A stretch of DNA of 64,000 nt. It comes from Hypanus sabinus (lineage: Eukaryota). The translations under genes were made by a program, and so were the position numbers. Shown piece by piece: positions 49,480 to 62,210 of the stretch. The stretch lies in NCBI RefSeq assembly GCF_030144855.1, contig NC_082736.1, forward strand, positions 6,324,001-6,388,000, written 5' to 3'. Positions within the stretch are counted from its first letter, which is position 1; each line of letters opens with the position of its first letter. The notes beneath the pieces were generated by a model. That model worked only from the letters and a program-made list of their open reading frames with translations, was not told the DNA's origin and did not search any database.

Positions 49480-50470
49480 AGTTTTCCTGAATACGTTTTA
49501 TTAAACAAAATATACTTTATTAAAAAAATATACAATAACCATTCAATGTCTTCCTATTCTTTACAGTTGCTTCCATTACTGTCTTTACATTTTCAAAATC
49601 CTCGCCACCCACGTGGCACTGTTTTTTTATATTTACATTCAGGGGGTATACCCCCAACCCCCGCGGGAGAAGAACCCTAGACTGTGGTCCTTCCCCACCG
49701 GCCCTTTGCGGTGCCTGTATCGAGTTTGAGTGAGTCCCTCAGCACGTACCCCTGCAGCCGAGAATGTGCCAGTCAGCAGCATTTCCCCACGGACATCTCC
49801 ATGTGCTGGTAGACCATCAATTTTCGGGCCAACCAAAGAGCGTCTTTGACCGAGCTGATGATCTGCCAGCAGCACCAGATGTTGGTCTCTGTGTTCGTCC
49901 CCGGGAACAGCCGGAGATCAGAGCCCTCTGTTACGCAGCTGCTGGGGATGAACCTCGACACTGTCCCTTCAATCCTCCTCCACACCTTCTCCGCGAACCC
50001 ACAGTGTGCAAAGAAGGGGGTCACCGACTCCTCCTCTCTCCAGTCCTCCCGTGGGCGGAGGGGCGTGGAGACAACGTTCCGGGCCTACAGGAGGGATCGG
50101 ACTGGGAGGTCCCCTCTCACCACCAGCCAGGCGAGGTCTTTGTGCTTGTTGGTGAGGTCTGGCGATGAGGCATTCTGCCAGATGAACTGGACAGTCTGCT
50201 CAGGGAACCACCCCACTCTGTCCATCACAGGTATGGTGGCAACGACCAGCCGACAGGGGTGCTGCGTGGGAAAGGGGCCAGACCCATCCTTCGTAGCCAG
50301 GGTGACAGGTAGAATCTGGGCACATGGTGGTACTTGGTGCCCACGTACCTGGAATCCACACACAACCTGATACAGCCACACACCAAGCTGGCCATCAGGG
50401 TGAGGACGACATTGGGGACGTTTTTGCCCCCGTTGTCCAGGGACTTGTGTATGGTGGTCAGTCTGATTCA
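49480..50470 (-). mobile_element. Tx1-like LINE 3' fragment
   Basis: LTNKHKDLAWLVVRGDLPVRS and FAHCGFAEKVWRRI; AATAAA and A-rich tail near 49500-49530. Confidence 0.65.
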
Positions 50471-50589
50471 CGTCAGATAGATTTGATAAGTCAGAAATAA
50501 ACGAAGTAATGACCATTAGAAATCAGGCTTCTGGAAATGCGTGCATTGGCCTTTCTTGTACCGTCTACAGCAATGTCGCAAGGCGCTTA

Positions 50590-50950
50590 TGATTGGTGAT
50601 TGGCCTTATCTGATTGGACAGCAAATATTCTAATCAGGGAGCTGATTTGTTCACCAATCGAGACATAAACGGTAGAAGCGCGGTAAATAACCGTCTAACC
50701 GCGGAAATAAACTGAAATTTGCAAAACACCGCCAAAAGAGCCTTGGTTGCTGAAATTAATCTACAACAGGTTTGTTTGTTGACCCTTTACCCCCGTTACT
50801 GAAGTCCAACACATTTAAACCGAGTGTAGTTAATATTGCGATGGTGTCTGGGAATTCAGTTCACCGATTTCTTTCAATTGATGAACGATTGGAATAAAAC
50901 AGATTCTCAGCTTCTGTTCGCGATCGGTCATTGTGTAAACTGTCAGTTTA
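50590..50950 (-). promoter_or_regulatory. Orphan H2A-type promoter (no CDS)
   Basis: Aligns with 34095-34480: GATTGG/CCAAT cluster, GTAGAAGCG..AAATAACCGTCT, GTTACTGAA, GGTGTCTGGGAA, ATTTCTTTCAA. Confidence 0.7.
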
Positions 50951-51341
50951 CCAACGGGTCGCCCTTCAGAAAGTGGAGCTTTAAACAATACTCTGAACGA
51001 ACCATGACTGTTCGGCTCTCGCGTTGGAAAGGGGTTAACAGAAGTAACCAAAATGTGACAAAGCTTAATAAACTGCATTCCCACAATAATCTAACCAGAA
51101 ACAGCGATTAGTGTTCACGTCAGAGGAATCTGATGACCGAGAGGAAATGGGGAAGGGGTGCGTAACGATCCTGTGCCTGTACACAGGAATGTAACAGAGA
51201 AATCGGGATTATACTGACCAGTGGACAGCAAATTCTGATTGACGGAGATAAGATTCTGAAAGAGCTCAACAACAAAATATTCGAAACCTACCCGAATTCC
51301 AAGTCTCAATAGACTGTATCTCTTTTAATGAAACCGTGAGT

Positions 51342-51357
51342 GGCTCTTAAAAGAGCC
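51342..51357 (-). promoter_or_regulatory. Histone 3' stem-loop (H2B)
   Basis: GGCTCTTTTAAGAGCC-ACTCA with a downstream AAAAGAG element. Confidence 0.95.
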
Positions 51358-51394
51358 TTTGATTTCCGGGTTTGTTTTGTCAGCAAACTTGTCT

Positions 51395-51769
51395 TCACTT
51401 GGAGCTGGTGTACTTGGTCACCGCCTTTGTCCCTTCGGACACGGCGTGCTTGGCCAGCTCCCCGGGCAGCAGCAGGCGCACAGCGGTCTGGATCTCCCGG
51501 GAGCTGATGGTTGACCGCTTGTTGTAATGGGCCAGGCGGGAAGCCTCACCCGCGATGCGCTCGAAAATATCGTTCACGAATGAATTCATGATGCTCATGG
51601 CCTTGGAGGAGATGCCGGTGTCGGGATGAACCTGCTTCATCACTTTGTAGATGTAGATGGCGTAACTCTCCTTCCTCGTCCTCTTGCGCTTCTTGCCAGA
51701 CTTGCTCGCCGGTTTGGACAGAGCTTTCTTGGCGCCCTTCTTGGGAGCGGGTTTCGGTGCATCAGGCAT
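51395..51769 (-). CDS. H2B: Histone H2B
   Basis: [12 protein letters not shown]...[13 protein letters not shown], intact; TATTTAA and an octamer-like box upstream. Confidence 0.98.
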   Translation of the reverse strand: MPDAPKPAPKKGAKKALSKPASKSGKKRKRTRKESYAIYIYKVMKQVHPDTGISSKAMSIMNSFVNDIFERIAGEASRLAHYNKRSTISSREIQTAVRLLLPGELAKHAVSEGTKAVTKYTSSK

Positions 51770-53099
51770 TTCCTCGTCGGTTTCAAACACAATAATAAGC
51801 AGAAGCTGTCCGGAGCGCGGATTAAATAGGCAGCGCCCAAAGTGGTATGTTAATGAGGATGGGAATGCAGAGCATTTCCATTGGCTGTTTGGAGAAATGA
51901 ATCACCAATCGGAACGCTGGGGGATGGGAAGCGGCGCCAATGTGTGGCGGTTACCGCTGTCGTTTAATGCGGGAGGAAGTACAGAAGGGCAGAGACAGGC
52001 GGGGGTGCGGGCTGACATTGAAAAGAGAAACGCAAATTTCAAAAGCAGACTGAAAATAAATTCAGATGAAATATTGTAAAATTCAACACTAAGACGTTTA
52101 GTTCATGAAACAGGAGAGCGAAGGAGAGATTTGGACATTCCAATGTAAAGTTTAAATCGAGTTTATTTATGCACAGGCGAAAGGAACAACGGATTTGTAG
52201 CAGCATCACAGACACATTGCATCAGACACAACATTGACCAGAAACTCTGGAATTAAATATGAATTATACCAAAACATTCAAATAGACAGAGGACTATCAG
52301 AACAAAATCAAAATAACAAAGAGATTATGCGGGCAGTGGGAGAATCATCTCGTCAATCTCGATTCAGAGTCACGCAACGCTGCCACTTTAATCTGGCCCA
52401 TGCCTTCATTCACCAGGTCTAACACTTGCCTTTATTGGATCTTCCTCCTCCTTACACTAGTCATCGTGTTTGTGGGGCTGTGTGTCCCCTTGGACCTCTG
52501 GACTAGGTTGGATGTATATGTGGGGCAGGGAGAGATAAGGCTGTAGAGTTTAGTATGGTGAGATATGTGGGACTACGATGGATAGGGTAGTGTAGTGGAG
52601 CCACTTTAATCTGGCCCATGCCTTTCATTAACGTGGCCTGACACCACCTGGCTTAGTGAACTGGGTTTGCAAAGGGACACATCATTAGGAATACAAATTA
52701 GGGTCATTGGATGATCATGAGACTATCTCACGCAGACGACCCAGCCAGGGTGGATCAGGCCCGGTTTGAGTTTATCCCATGGAGCAAGATAATGAGAGGC
52801 ATGTAATTCTGCATGTTGCATGATTTTCCACCTTGTTACTTAGCATTAATTTGACCATTTTGGGAGTAGAATGTTCTGAGGCCTGTTAATCAGGCTTTAC
52901 CTCCAAGTAAGGTTCAACTTCCCTACTTTAAATTTACACCAGTCTTTATTTTGCATCTCTGTGCCTGGGATTACATGGATTAAATTAATAGCGTTTACTG
53001 CAGTACAAAGTAGTGATTAATGTTGGGCAGATCGATCCATAATTTCAAAAATCTCTGAAATCGGGAATTTATTGTATTGACATTACGTCACAAATGGGG

Positions 53100-53560
53100 A
53101 ATTTTACCCAGGATTAAATGGCTTGTCTAATGAAGAGCGTTTCATGGCTCTAGGCCTCTATTCACTGGAACTTCGAAGAAAGAAGGGTTACTGAATTGAA
53201 ACCTATCAAAGAGTGAAAGGGCTTGAGTGAGTGGATGTGGAGAGGACTTTTCCTGTGATGGGAGTGTCTGTATCCAGACACAGTTTCAAAATAGAGGGGC
53301 ATCCTTTTAGAGTGGAGATGAGGAGGAATTTCTTCAGCCAGAGAGTGGTGAATCAGTGGGATGTTTTGTCTCAGGCAGCTGTGGAGGCCAAATCACTGGG
53401 TATAGGCAGAGATTCATAGATTCTTGTTTGGTCAGGGCCAGAATGGAGACAAGGGAAGATAAGAGATTGGGCCTAAAAGGAAAAAAAGATCAGTGATGAT
53501 GAAATGGCAGAGCAGGCTCGATGGGCCAAATGGCCAAATTCTCCTCCTAAATCTGATGGA
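53100..53560 (+). mobile_element. CR1 LINE 3' end
   Basis: DVERTFPVMG..EMRRNFFSQRVVN; GATGGGCCAAATGGCC tail. Confidence 0.75.
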
Positions 53561-53713
53561 CTTACTTATTTACTAAAATTTTCTCTCAGCTTTGACACAA
53601 CCCTGCACCTGAGGCTCCAGATTATTTATATAAGGAATACAGATGTTCTTTGTTCTCTGATTAAAGAAATAGCATCTCATTTCCATCCTGAATGCATGTC
53701 ACCTCATTCTGAG

Positions 53714-53950
53714 CAACAGACACAAGATGCTGGTGGAAGTCAGCAGGCCGGGCAACATCTCTGGAAAAGAGTAATGAGTCGATGCTTTGGGCTGAGCGCC
53801 ATCACCAGGACGAGATCTGATGGAAGGGTCTTGGGACAAAGTGTTGACTGTTTACTCTTTTCCATAAAGGCTGCCTGTCCTGCTGAGATCCTTCAGTATT
53901 TTGCTTTGGATTTCCAGCATCAGCAGATTCTCTCATGTTCATGATTTATG
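53714..53950. mobile_element. Inverted pair of Penelope-like terminal repeats
   Basis: 12-bp TSD CCTCATTCTGAG (53702-53713 and 53951-53962); two opposite-facing degenerate hammerhead-bearing halves. Confidence 0.7.
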
Positions 53951-54904
53951 CCTCATTCTGAGGGTACTTATCTCCGTTATGGAGCTCTCATTCAGAGGAA
54001 AGATCCTCCTTGCTTACTACCTGTCACATCCAGAAAGAATCTAACAGATTTCCTCGTTTTCTCATTAACTGCAGGAATACAGACTCAGCCCACTCACTCA
54101 TGTCTCACATAACCAACCCTCCATCCCTGGAACCAGCCCAGTCAGTGTGGGGAACAGTCACTGAACTCTCTCTATTGCAGGGATATCCTTCCTGAGGAAG
54201 TGTGACCAAACCCGGACACTACATTCAAGGTGTGCTCTCACCTGGGCCCTATAGAATCCAGTGAGACATCTGTACCCCTCTTCTCCACTCCTCCTGGATC
54301 ACAGGACAAAATACTGTTTGCCTCTCTCAGTACTTGTTGTATCAGGATGTTAACTCAAGTGATTAGTTTACAATGACACCCAGGTCCCTCTGAACATCCC
54401 GTGTGGAAACGACTCTTACAGTTTGATCCTGGGAATGGGTGATCTGACATTTCCCCACATTCTGTTCCATCTGCCCCATCCTCAACCATTCACTCTCCTG
54501 TCAACATCCCCCAAACCTTCTCACTACTGACCCTGTCCCTCCCACTCTGCCACTGCAACAGACCTAGTCACTGAATTATGCAGCACAGAAACAGGCCCAT
54601 CAGCCCAACACATCCATGCTGGCCAAGTAGCCAAACAAAACCATTGTCAGTTACCTGAATTTGGTCCATGTCCCTGTGAAACTTCCCTCTCCACAGTCCA
54701 AGAGATATTGCAACTGTGTCCATCTATACCTCCACTTGGGGTAGCTTGTTCAATAGAAATCACACATTCTGTGCACAAAACCTGCTCCTCAAGGTCCCAA
54801 TTAAATCTTTCCTTTCTCAGTTTATCAATGTAATCTCTAGCTTTAGAGTCCATGACCATGGAGATAACAGAATCACTATTGACCGTATCAATGCCTGCCA
54901 TTAT

Positions 54905-56110
54905 TTTCTTTCTTTTTAAATTGTTTTATTGATTTTAAACAAACATAAATGAAACATGAATACAAAGAGCTTGAGAGTACATAGGTTAAAGTATAAATAC
55001 AAATGGATCATAATCCATATATAATAACCTCCCAAAATCATAGTGATTACAGAAAATGGAGAAAATATGAAAACCACCCCAAAAAACCTAACCAACATGG
55101 GCCATTGCATTATATCAATTATATGCAGTAGCATCAATAACTCCACACTTCCATCCAGATAATTAAGGATGATAAGAGTAAGGTTTAGGAAAAGTCAGTT
55201 TAGCTCATATGAAAATGTTGAATAAATGGTCTCTAAGTTTCCTCAAATTTAACTGAAGGGTCAAAAACAACACTTCTAATTTTTTTCTAAACTCAAACAA
55301 GAAATAGTTTGAGAAAATAACTGAAATATAGTTGGAGGATTAATTTATTTCCAGTGCAACAGTATAGATCTTCTAACCATTACTGTAACAAATGCAATCA
55401 TCTGTCGGGCTGAGGGGGATAAACAACTATTTTCCACCATTGGTAAACCAAAAATTGCAGTAATAGGATGTGGTTGCAATTTGATATTCAGAACTGTTGA
55501 AATAACAACAAAAATATCTTTCCAATAATGTTGCGAACAGGGGCAAGACCAAAATACGTGGGTCAATGAAGCGACTTCAGAATGACATCTGTCACAGGTT
55601 GGATTAAAATAAGAATAAAATCGAACAAGTTTATCCTTGGACATGTGAGCCCTATGCACAACCTAAAATTGTATTAGGGCATGTTTAGCACAATTAGAAG
55701 AAGAATTGACTAACTGTAAAATTTTCTCCCACTGCGCTGTGGATATAAGACAGTGAAGTTCTTTTTCCCATTCCTTCTTAATTTTTTCTAATACTTCTGG
55801 CTGTATTTTCATGATCATGTTATAAATGATGGCTACTAAACCTTTCCGGCAAGGATTGAAAGCTAAAAAAAAATCCGTAATATTCATTGGACATGATTTC
55901 GGAAAGGTCTGTAATATATTATTCAAGAGATTTCGAACTTGCAAGTATCTAAAAAACTGACTTTTAGGCAAATTATGTTTATTGGATAGCTGTTCAAAGG
56001 ACATAAAACTGTTGTCCAAAAATGGATCACGAAAACATGTTATACCTCTCGTTTCCCATAATACAAAGGCTTGATCCATACAAGAAGGCTGAAAAACAAG
56101 CCTGCCATTA
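54905..56110 (-). mobile_element. L1-clade LINE ORF2 C-terminal fragment
   Basis: FEQLSNKHNLPKSQFFRYLQVR and the zinc finger CDRC..LTHVFWSC. Confidence 0.8.
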
Positions 56111-56924
56111 TTTTATCAGCCTCTCTAATGCCACAGACACTCTGGTGAGAATGTTCCAGTCTATCCAGCCTCCTGTTAAATCTCTTTTGCACCCTCTCCA
56201 GTTTAATGTCACCCTCTGATCACTGGGCAACTATAACTGTACGCCCTGCTCCAAGAGTGGTTTCCCCAAGGCTGGGAGAGCTGTAATGTGACGTCACGGT
56301 CCAGTGCCCAATACTCTCCCGATGAATGCAAGTGTGGCAAACACCACCTTCACCGTCCTGCCGACCTGTGTTTACACTTTGAAGGAATTCGATATCTGCA
56401 CCCCGATGTCTCTCTGTTTTACAGCACTCCCAGGGACCGAACATTCCCCACGGCAGTTCGGCCCTGGTTCGTCAATGACAACGGAACATCTCTTGTTCTT
56501 GTTTGCAGGCTCGAAGGGCTGAATGGACTACTCCTGCACCTATTTTCTTTCTCACATTTATCTGTCATTACTCAAATCACTGACCTCATTGACCACCGTC
56601 CTGTTGTATTGCTGGTTACATTCTTCACACTTTAGTGATATCTGCATATTTGCTGAGCCGGGCATTGACATTGTCAGCCGAGTCTTTAATGAATGAACTG
56701 CAGCAGCAGACCTGACTCAGCTCCCAGGCTTTTCCTTGCAGCGATACCCGCACAGTGCTGGAGGAACTCAGCAGGCCAGGCAGAATCTGTGAGAAACAGT
56801 GAACAGCCGACGTTTCAGCCGAGACCCTCCAGAATCTGAACAATGTCTTGTGTTTGGTTTTCCATCGATCCTTTCCTACGTGACTGGATAACATAACCCA
56901 TCCTCCAATCCTCTGCCACTACTC

Positions 56925-57130
56925 CTGCCCGAGAAATGTGCAGAGAGACAGAGGCGGGGAGGTGAGGGGACAGAGTCAGAGTGACGGACAGAGCCGAGAC
57001 CGGCCTCCCATCGTCCAGCTCCGCCTTCACATTACTTCACCCGCCAATTTCCAACGGTTTATCCGAAACACAGAGCTCCAGAGGGGAAAGAAAACTCGCT
57101 CACACACCACGTACACAATGAAGGATTTCT
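56925..57130 (-). promoter_or_regulatory. Orphan H4 promoter copy (truncated before the TATA box)
   Basis: Diverged copy of 58010-58215 (CAGAGTCAGAGTGACGGACAGAGCCGAG, TCCAGCTCCGCCTTCAC); no H4 CDS follows. Confidence 0.8.
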
Positions 57131-57571
57131 ACAAAGTTACTGGCTGTCGGACTTAGTGCAATCAGAATACAGTGTGATTGGCGCAGGATTAATTTCAAAT
57201 CGCCCGCCAATTTCAGAGCACCCAGCAACGGTGCTTGATTACTTTTTTTATATTATTTACAATTAACTGTATCACGGATTCTACAATGTCAGTTTCATTT
57301 GATATATAATTGTCTCAGTGAAGATTTAAATGGATGATTACAGAATCGTTTCTCTGAATGAGGGAACTGATTTCTGTCCGAGACAGACAAGGGGATGCTG
57401 ATCGATCTTAATGCATTCAGAGCTTCTGCCGTAATCACCGAGTGAAAAGGCAGAATCGCAGGGATATGTCAAGCGGAAAGGATTAATCTGCTTCAAAAGT
57501 AGGTCAGCCAAATATATCGACAAAAATAATTAAAAGGTTGTGGACACGGCTCCGTCTGTGAGGCGGTGGGT

Positions 57572-57587
57572 GGCTCTTAGAAGAGCC
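57572..57587 (-). promoter_or_regulatory. Histone 3' stem-loop (H4 copy 2)
   Basis: GGCTCTTCTAAGAGCC-ACCCA. Confidence 0.95.
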
Positions 57588-57620
57588 TTTGTGTTGTGCT
57601 CGGGAGGAAGTGGGAGTTTT

Positions 57621-57941
<321 letters not shown>

Positions 57942-60900
57942 TCACTCAGGTCGCTGCTCAGTGAGAAACCGACTGCTGATGTCTCCTTTTATACACAGCG
58001 CCCCGACCGGCCCGAGAAACGCGCAGAGAGACAGAGGCGGGGAGGGGAGGAGACAGAGTCAGAGTGACGGACAGAGCCGAGAGCGGCCTCTCATCGTCCA
58101 GCTCCGCCTTCACTTTACCACACCCACCAGTTTCCAACGGTCTATCCGACACGAAGCGCTCTAGCGGAAAAAAAACTAACTCACACACCACGTAAAGTCT
58201 GGAGGATTTCTGGAAATTTGCTGATTCTCCTGCTTTAAATTATAATAAGTGCTTTTCCATTCCGCAAATCCCCGGGGACCTCAGTCTGTCCCTCCCCGGC
58301 CCCATGACCAGTTTGAGTGTCCTGACACACAGCAGTTGGTGGGCGAGGGTGCAGTCACATCCAGTGATGAGAGGGTTAATTCATCAGAACAATTTTTCCT
58401 CTGGGTCGCGAGGGAAATGAAAGTCCAGTCACCCAAAGGAACAGGATACATAGGCGGATATAAAGATATACTGACCGCGCTTCTGGCGCCTTCCAAAGCC
58501 CAGATAAGGGGTGGCTGAGGAGCTGGTGCGAGGTGGGTGGGGATTCAGGCACAAGGATCAATTGCCTCTCGAAATGAAGGTGAGACAGGTCCAGTGAGGA
58601 GGATATTCAATATGTGTACTGGAAGCTTTCTTCGTGCGAGACGGAAAGGTTTAAACGAGCAGGTATGAGGTCCTACAAATTGATTTTCCGGAACTAGGTT
58701 AAAACAGCAGGACTTCCAGGATTATAATTACAGAATTATGACCCAAACCATGTGGTTGTGTGGTGCGAAATTGATATGTTGTGCAGTTTAATATGTTGCT
58801 GAGGAACTGATGCAGGAGGGAGATCTTCAGATTTATGGATCAATGGGCTCCCTTCCAGTCAGGTGGGAGACCGGGACAAACAAGGCCATTTCCATCTGGA
58901 CCGGAGGGGAACCAATATCCTCACCAGGAGGTTTGATGGTGTCACTTGGCGGAGCTTGAACTGGAGTAGCAAATGGGAGAATGTGTGTATGACAAGACAG
59001 TCTGAACAGAACGAGAGCCGATATTAGCCCAGTGGAGGGACTGATGGGATGAAATGAGGTTATTTCAACATTGGGAGTATGTGTCAGATAGACAGGGCTG
59101 GCAGCTCAACATTCCTGGGTCTGAATGTTTTACATGTGAGTGGGGGGAAGGTGGTTAAAAGGTGCAAATGTTACACAACTGAGAATGTCACAGCAAACTG
59201 GAGGGTTCATTTACAACAGCAAACTTCAGTTACGCTGACAGGATTATTGAATTGTCCCTCCCCAGTAACAAGTGGGGGACTTTATCTTCCATAGAATTGA
59301 CTGCAACTTGCTTATTGCTAAGATATTCCAGACTGGTTCAGTGAATCTGAGGAGTGTTTGAAACATTATGTAGAGCCCAATCAGAGTTCAGAACAGACAG
59401 GAATTAGTTTTTCAGAAATAAACCAGGCCAGCTGACAGCTGAGAGTCAGTGAATATTTTGGGATCTTATATTTCTCTTACTTATGAGTAAGAATAAAATT
59501 AGATCCTGTATGAAGGTACTAAATTAAGGGCCAGTTAGAATGCAATAAGACAGAAGCCAAGGGGCATTAATTGGGAGAAGCCACTGTTTGACAAGTCCAG
59601 GCCTGACATGTGGGGGTTGTTTAAAGACCAGCAGATCCGAGTCGATATTGAGGTACAGGACTCATGCACACTTGGAAAGACATGGCTTGCTTCATGGTTT
59701 TGTGTGGACACATTATGCTTGACAAAATTGATCGCAGATTCAGTGGTGGTGATACAGAAATAACATAGAATTAGGCTATTTGGCCCATCAAGTCTGCTCT
59801 CTCTTTTCATCTTGGCTGAGACATTTTTCCTCTCAGCTCCTATCTCCTGCCTTTTCCCTGTATCCCTTCATGCACTGACCAATCAAGAACCAATCAACTT
59901 CTGCCTTAAATACCTAAAGTCTTGGCCTCCACAGCTGCCGCCCGTGGTAATGAATTCCACAGAATCACCACTCTCTCTGAGGAAATTCTTCCTCATCTCC
60001 ATTCTAAAAGTATGTCCCTCTCTTCTGAGGCTGTGTCCTCTGGTCTTAGACACTCCCATCCTCTCCACATCAGCTTTATCAAGGTCTTTCACCATTCGAT
60101 AGGTTTCAATTCATCATCCCTCATTGTTCTAACTTCCAGGGAATAAAGGCCAAGAGACATCAAACACCCTTCATTCGACAAGCTGTTTAATCCAGGAATC
60201 ATTTTTGAGAATCTCATTTGAAACCCATGCAGTTTCAGCTCATCCTTCCTAAGATAAAGGGCCCAAAACTGCTCCCAATACTGCAAGTGAGACCTCACCA
60301 GTACTTCATAAAGTCTCAACATCACATCCTTGCTCTTATATTCTAGTCCTCTTGAAATGAATGCTAACATCACATTTGCCTTCCTCACCACAGTCTCAAC
60401 CTGCAAATTAACCTTTACAGAACAAGCACAATGACTCCCAAATCCCTCTGCACCTCATTTTTTCTGTATCTTTTCTCCCTTTAGAAAATAGTCAACCCTA
60501 ATCTAATATCTCTTCAACTGAAGTGCATGACCATACATTTCCCAATTCTGTATTCCATCTGCCACTTCTTTGCCTACTCTCTTCATCTGTCTGTCTTTCC
60601 CTATTTCCTCAAAAATACCTGCACATCCACCTGCCTCTTCATATCATTTGCAAATTTTGCAACAAATCCATCAGCTACATCATTCAAATCATTGGCATAT
60701 AACATAAAAAGAATCAGCCCCAACATCTTGGTGCTTGATGACGGCAAGACTGTGGACATGATCTCTACAGATCTTAGTGGGATTCAATATAAATTGCAAT
60801 TTCAATTCAGAAATGGATTCCTCATAGAAGGCTAAGTAGTACTGGAAGTCCGTGAACAGTGGTGACCCACAAGGATTGATGCTGGGAATGATGCTGAGTG

Positions 60901-61309
60901 TGATATATATCAATGTTTGGATGAAAATGTTGATGGGTGGTTTACAAGTTTACAGGTGACTGCAAGATTGGTGGAATCGTGGACAGTGTAAACATTGATC
61001 AATGCACACAGATCACAAACAGATATGCAGAGAATTTGCAGAAGTAATTTAATCTGGGAGGGAATGCGGTATTGCACTTTGGGAGGTCAAATGAAAGAAG
61101 GAAGTATAATGTTAATGATTGACTCCTTCCCAGCATTGGTGTAAAGAGTGAACTTGGGATCCAGGCAGATAGTTCACTGAACGTGGCTACACAATGGGAT
61201 AAGGTGTACAGAATGCTGGTCCCCAATGGTCAGGGTGTTGAGTATAAGAGTAAGGGAGTCATGTATTAAGACAGGCATACAAACGTACAGGGAAAGGACC
61301 ATGTCCAGG

Positions 61310-62210
61310 TAGGCGTATTCAGCTCCTTCAAGTCAGTATTTAGTTGATGCACCATTGGCAGCAATTACAGCCTTGAGTCTGTGTGGATAGGTCTCTATCA
61401 GCTTTGCACATTTGGACACTGCAATTTTTCTCCATTCTTCCTTACAAAACTACTCAAGATCTGTCAGAATGCATACAGTTTGTGAGTGAAAAGCTCTTTT
61501 CAAATCCAGCTACAGACTGAAGTCTGGACTCTGACTTGGCCACTCTAGGACATTAACTTTGCTGTTTTAAAGCATTCCTATGCAGCTTTGGTTTTAAGCT
61601 CGTGGTCATTGTCTTGCTGGAAAACAAATCTTCTCCTAAGTCACAGTTTCCTTGCAGACTGCGTTACGTTTTCTAACAGGATTTCCCTGTATTTTGCTCC
61701 ATTCATTTTACCCTCTACCTTCACAAGCTTTCCAGGGCTTGCTGCCGTGAAGCACAATGAACTATTCTCCACAGTAGGGATGGTGTGTTTTTGATGATAT
61801 GCAGTGTTCGGCTTACATCAAACTTACGAGTTTAGTCTGATTGCAAAAAAAGTTCTATTTTAGTTTCAGTCCATAGAACCTTCTTCCAGCTGGCTTCAGA
61901 GAGCCCCTCGTCCCCTGACAAACTCCAGGTGAGATTTCATGAGAGCTTTTTTCAACAGTGGCTTTCTCTTTGCCACTCCCTGATAAACCTGTGACAGGTG
62001 AAACACCTGGGCAACTATCATTGTATGCAAAATCTCTCCCAGTTTAGCCAGGGAAGCTTGAGTTATCAAAGGCGGAGTTATCAACAGTTATCAAAGGTAT
62101 TTTGGTAGCCTCTTTCTCTAGTTCTCTTCTTGCACAGCTGCTCAATTTTTGATCACTGTCTGCTCGAGGTCGGTTTACAACTGTGCCATATTCTTTCCAC
62201 TTCTGGATGA
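61310..62210 (-). mobile_element. Tc1-like transposase remnant
   Basis: GVAKRKPLLKK motif; typical Tc1 internal sequence (CCATTGGCAGCAATTACAGCC, TGGCCACTC). Confidence 0.7.
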
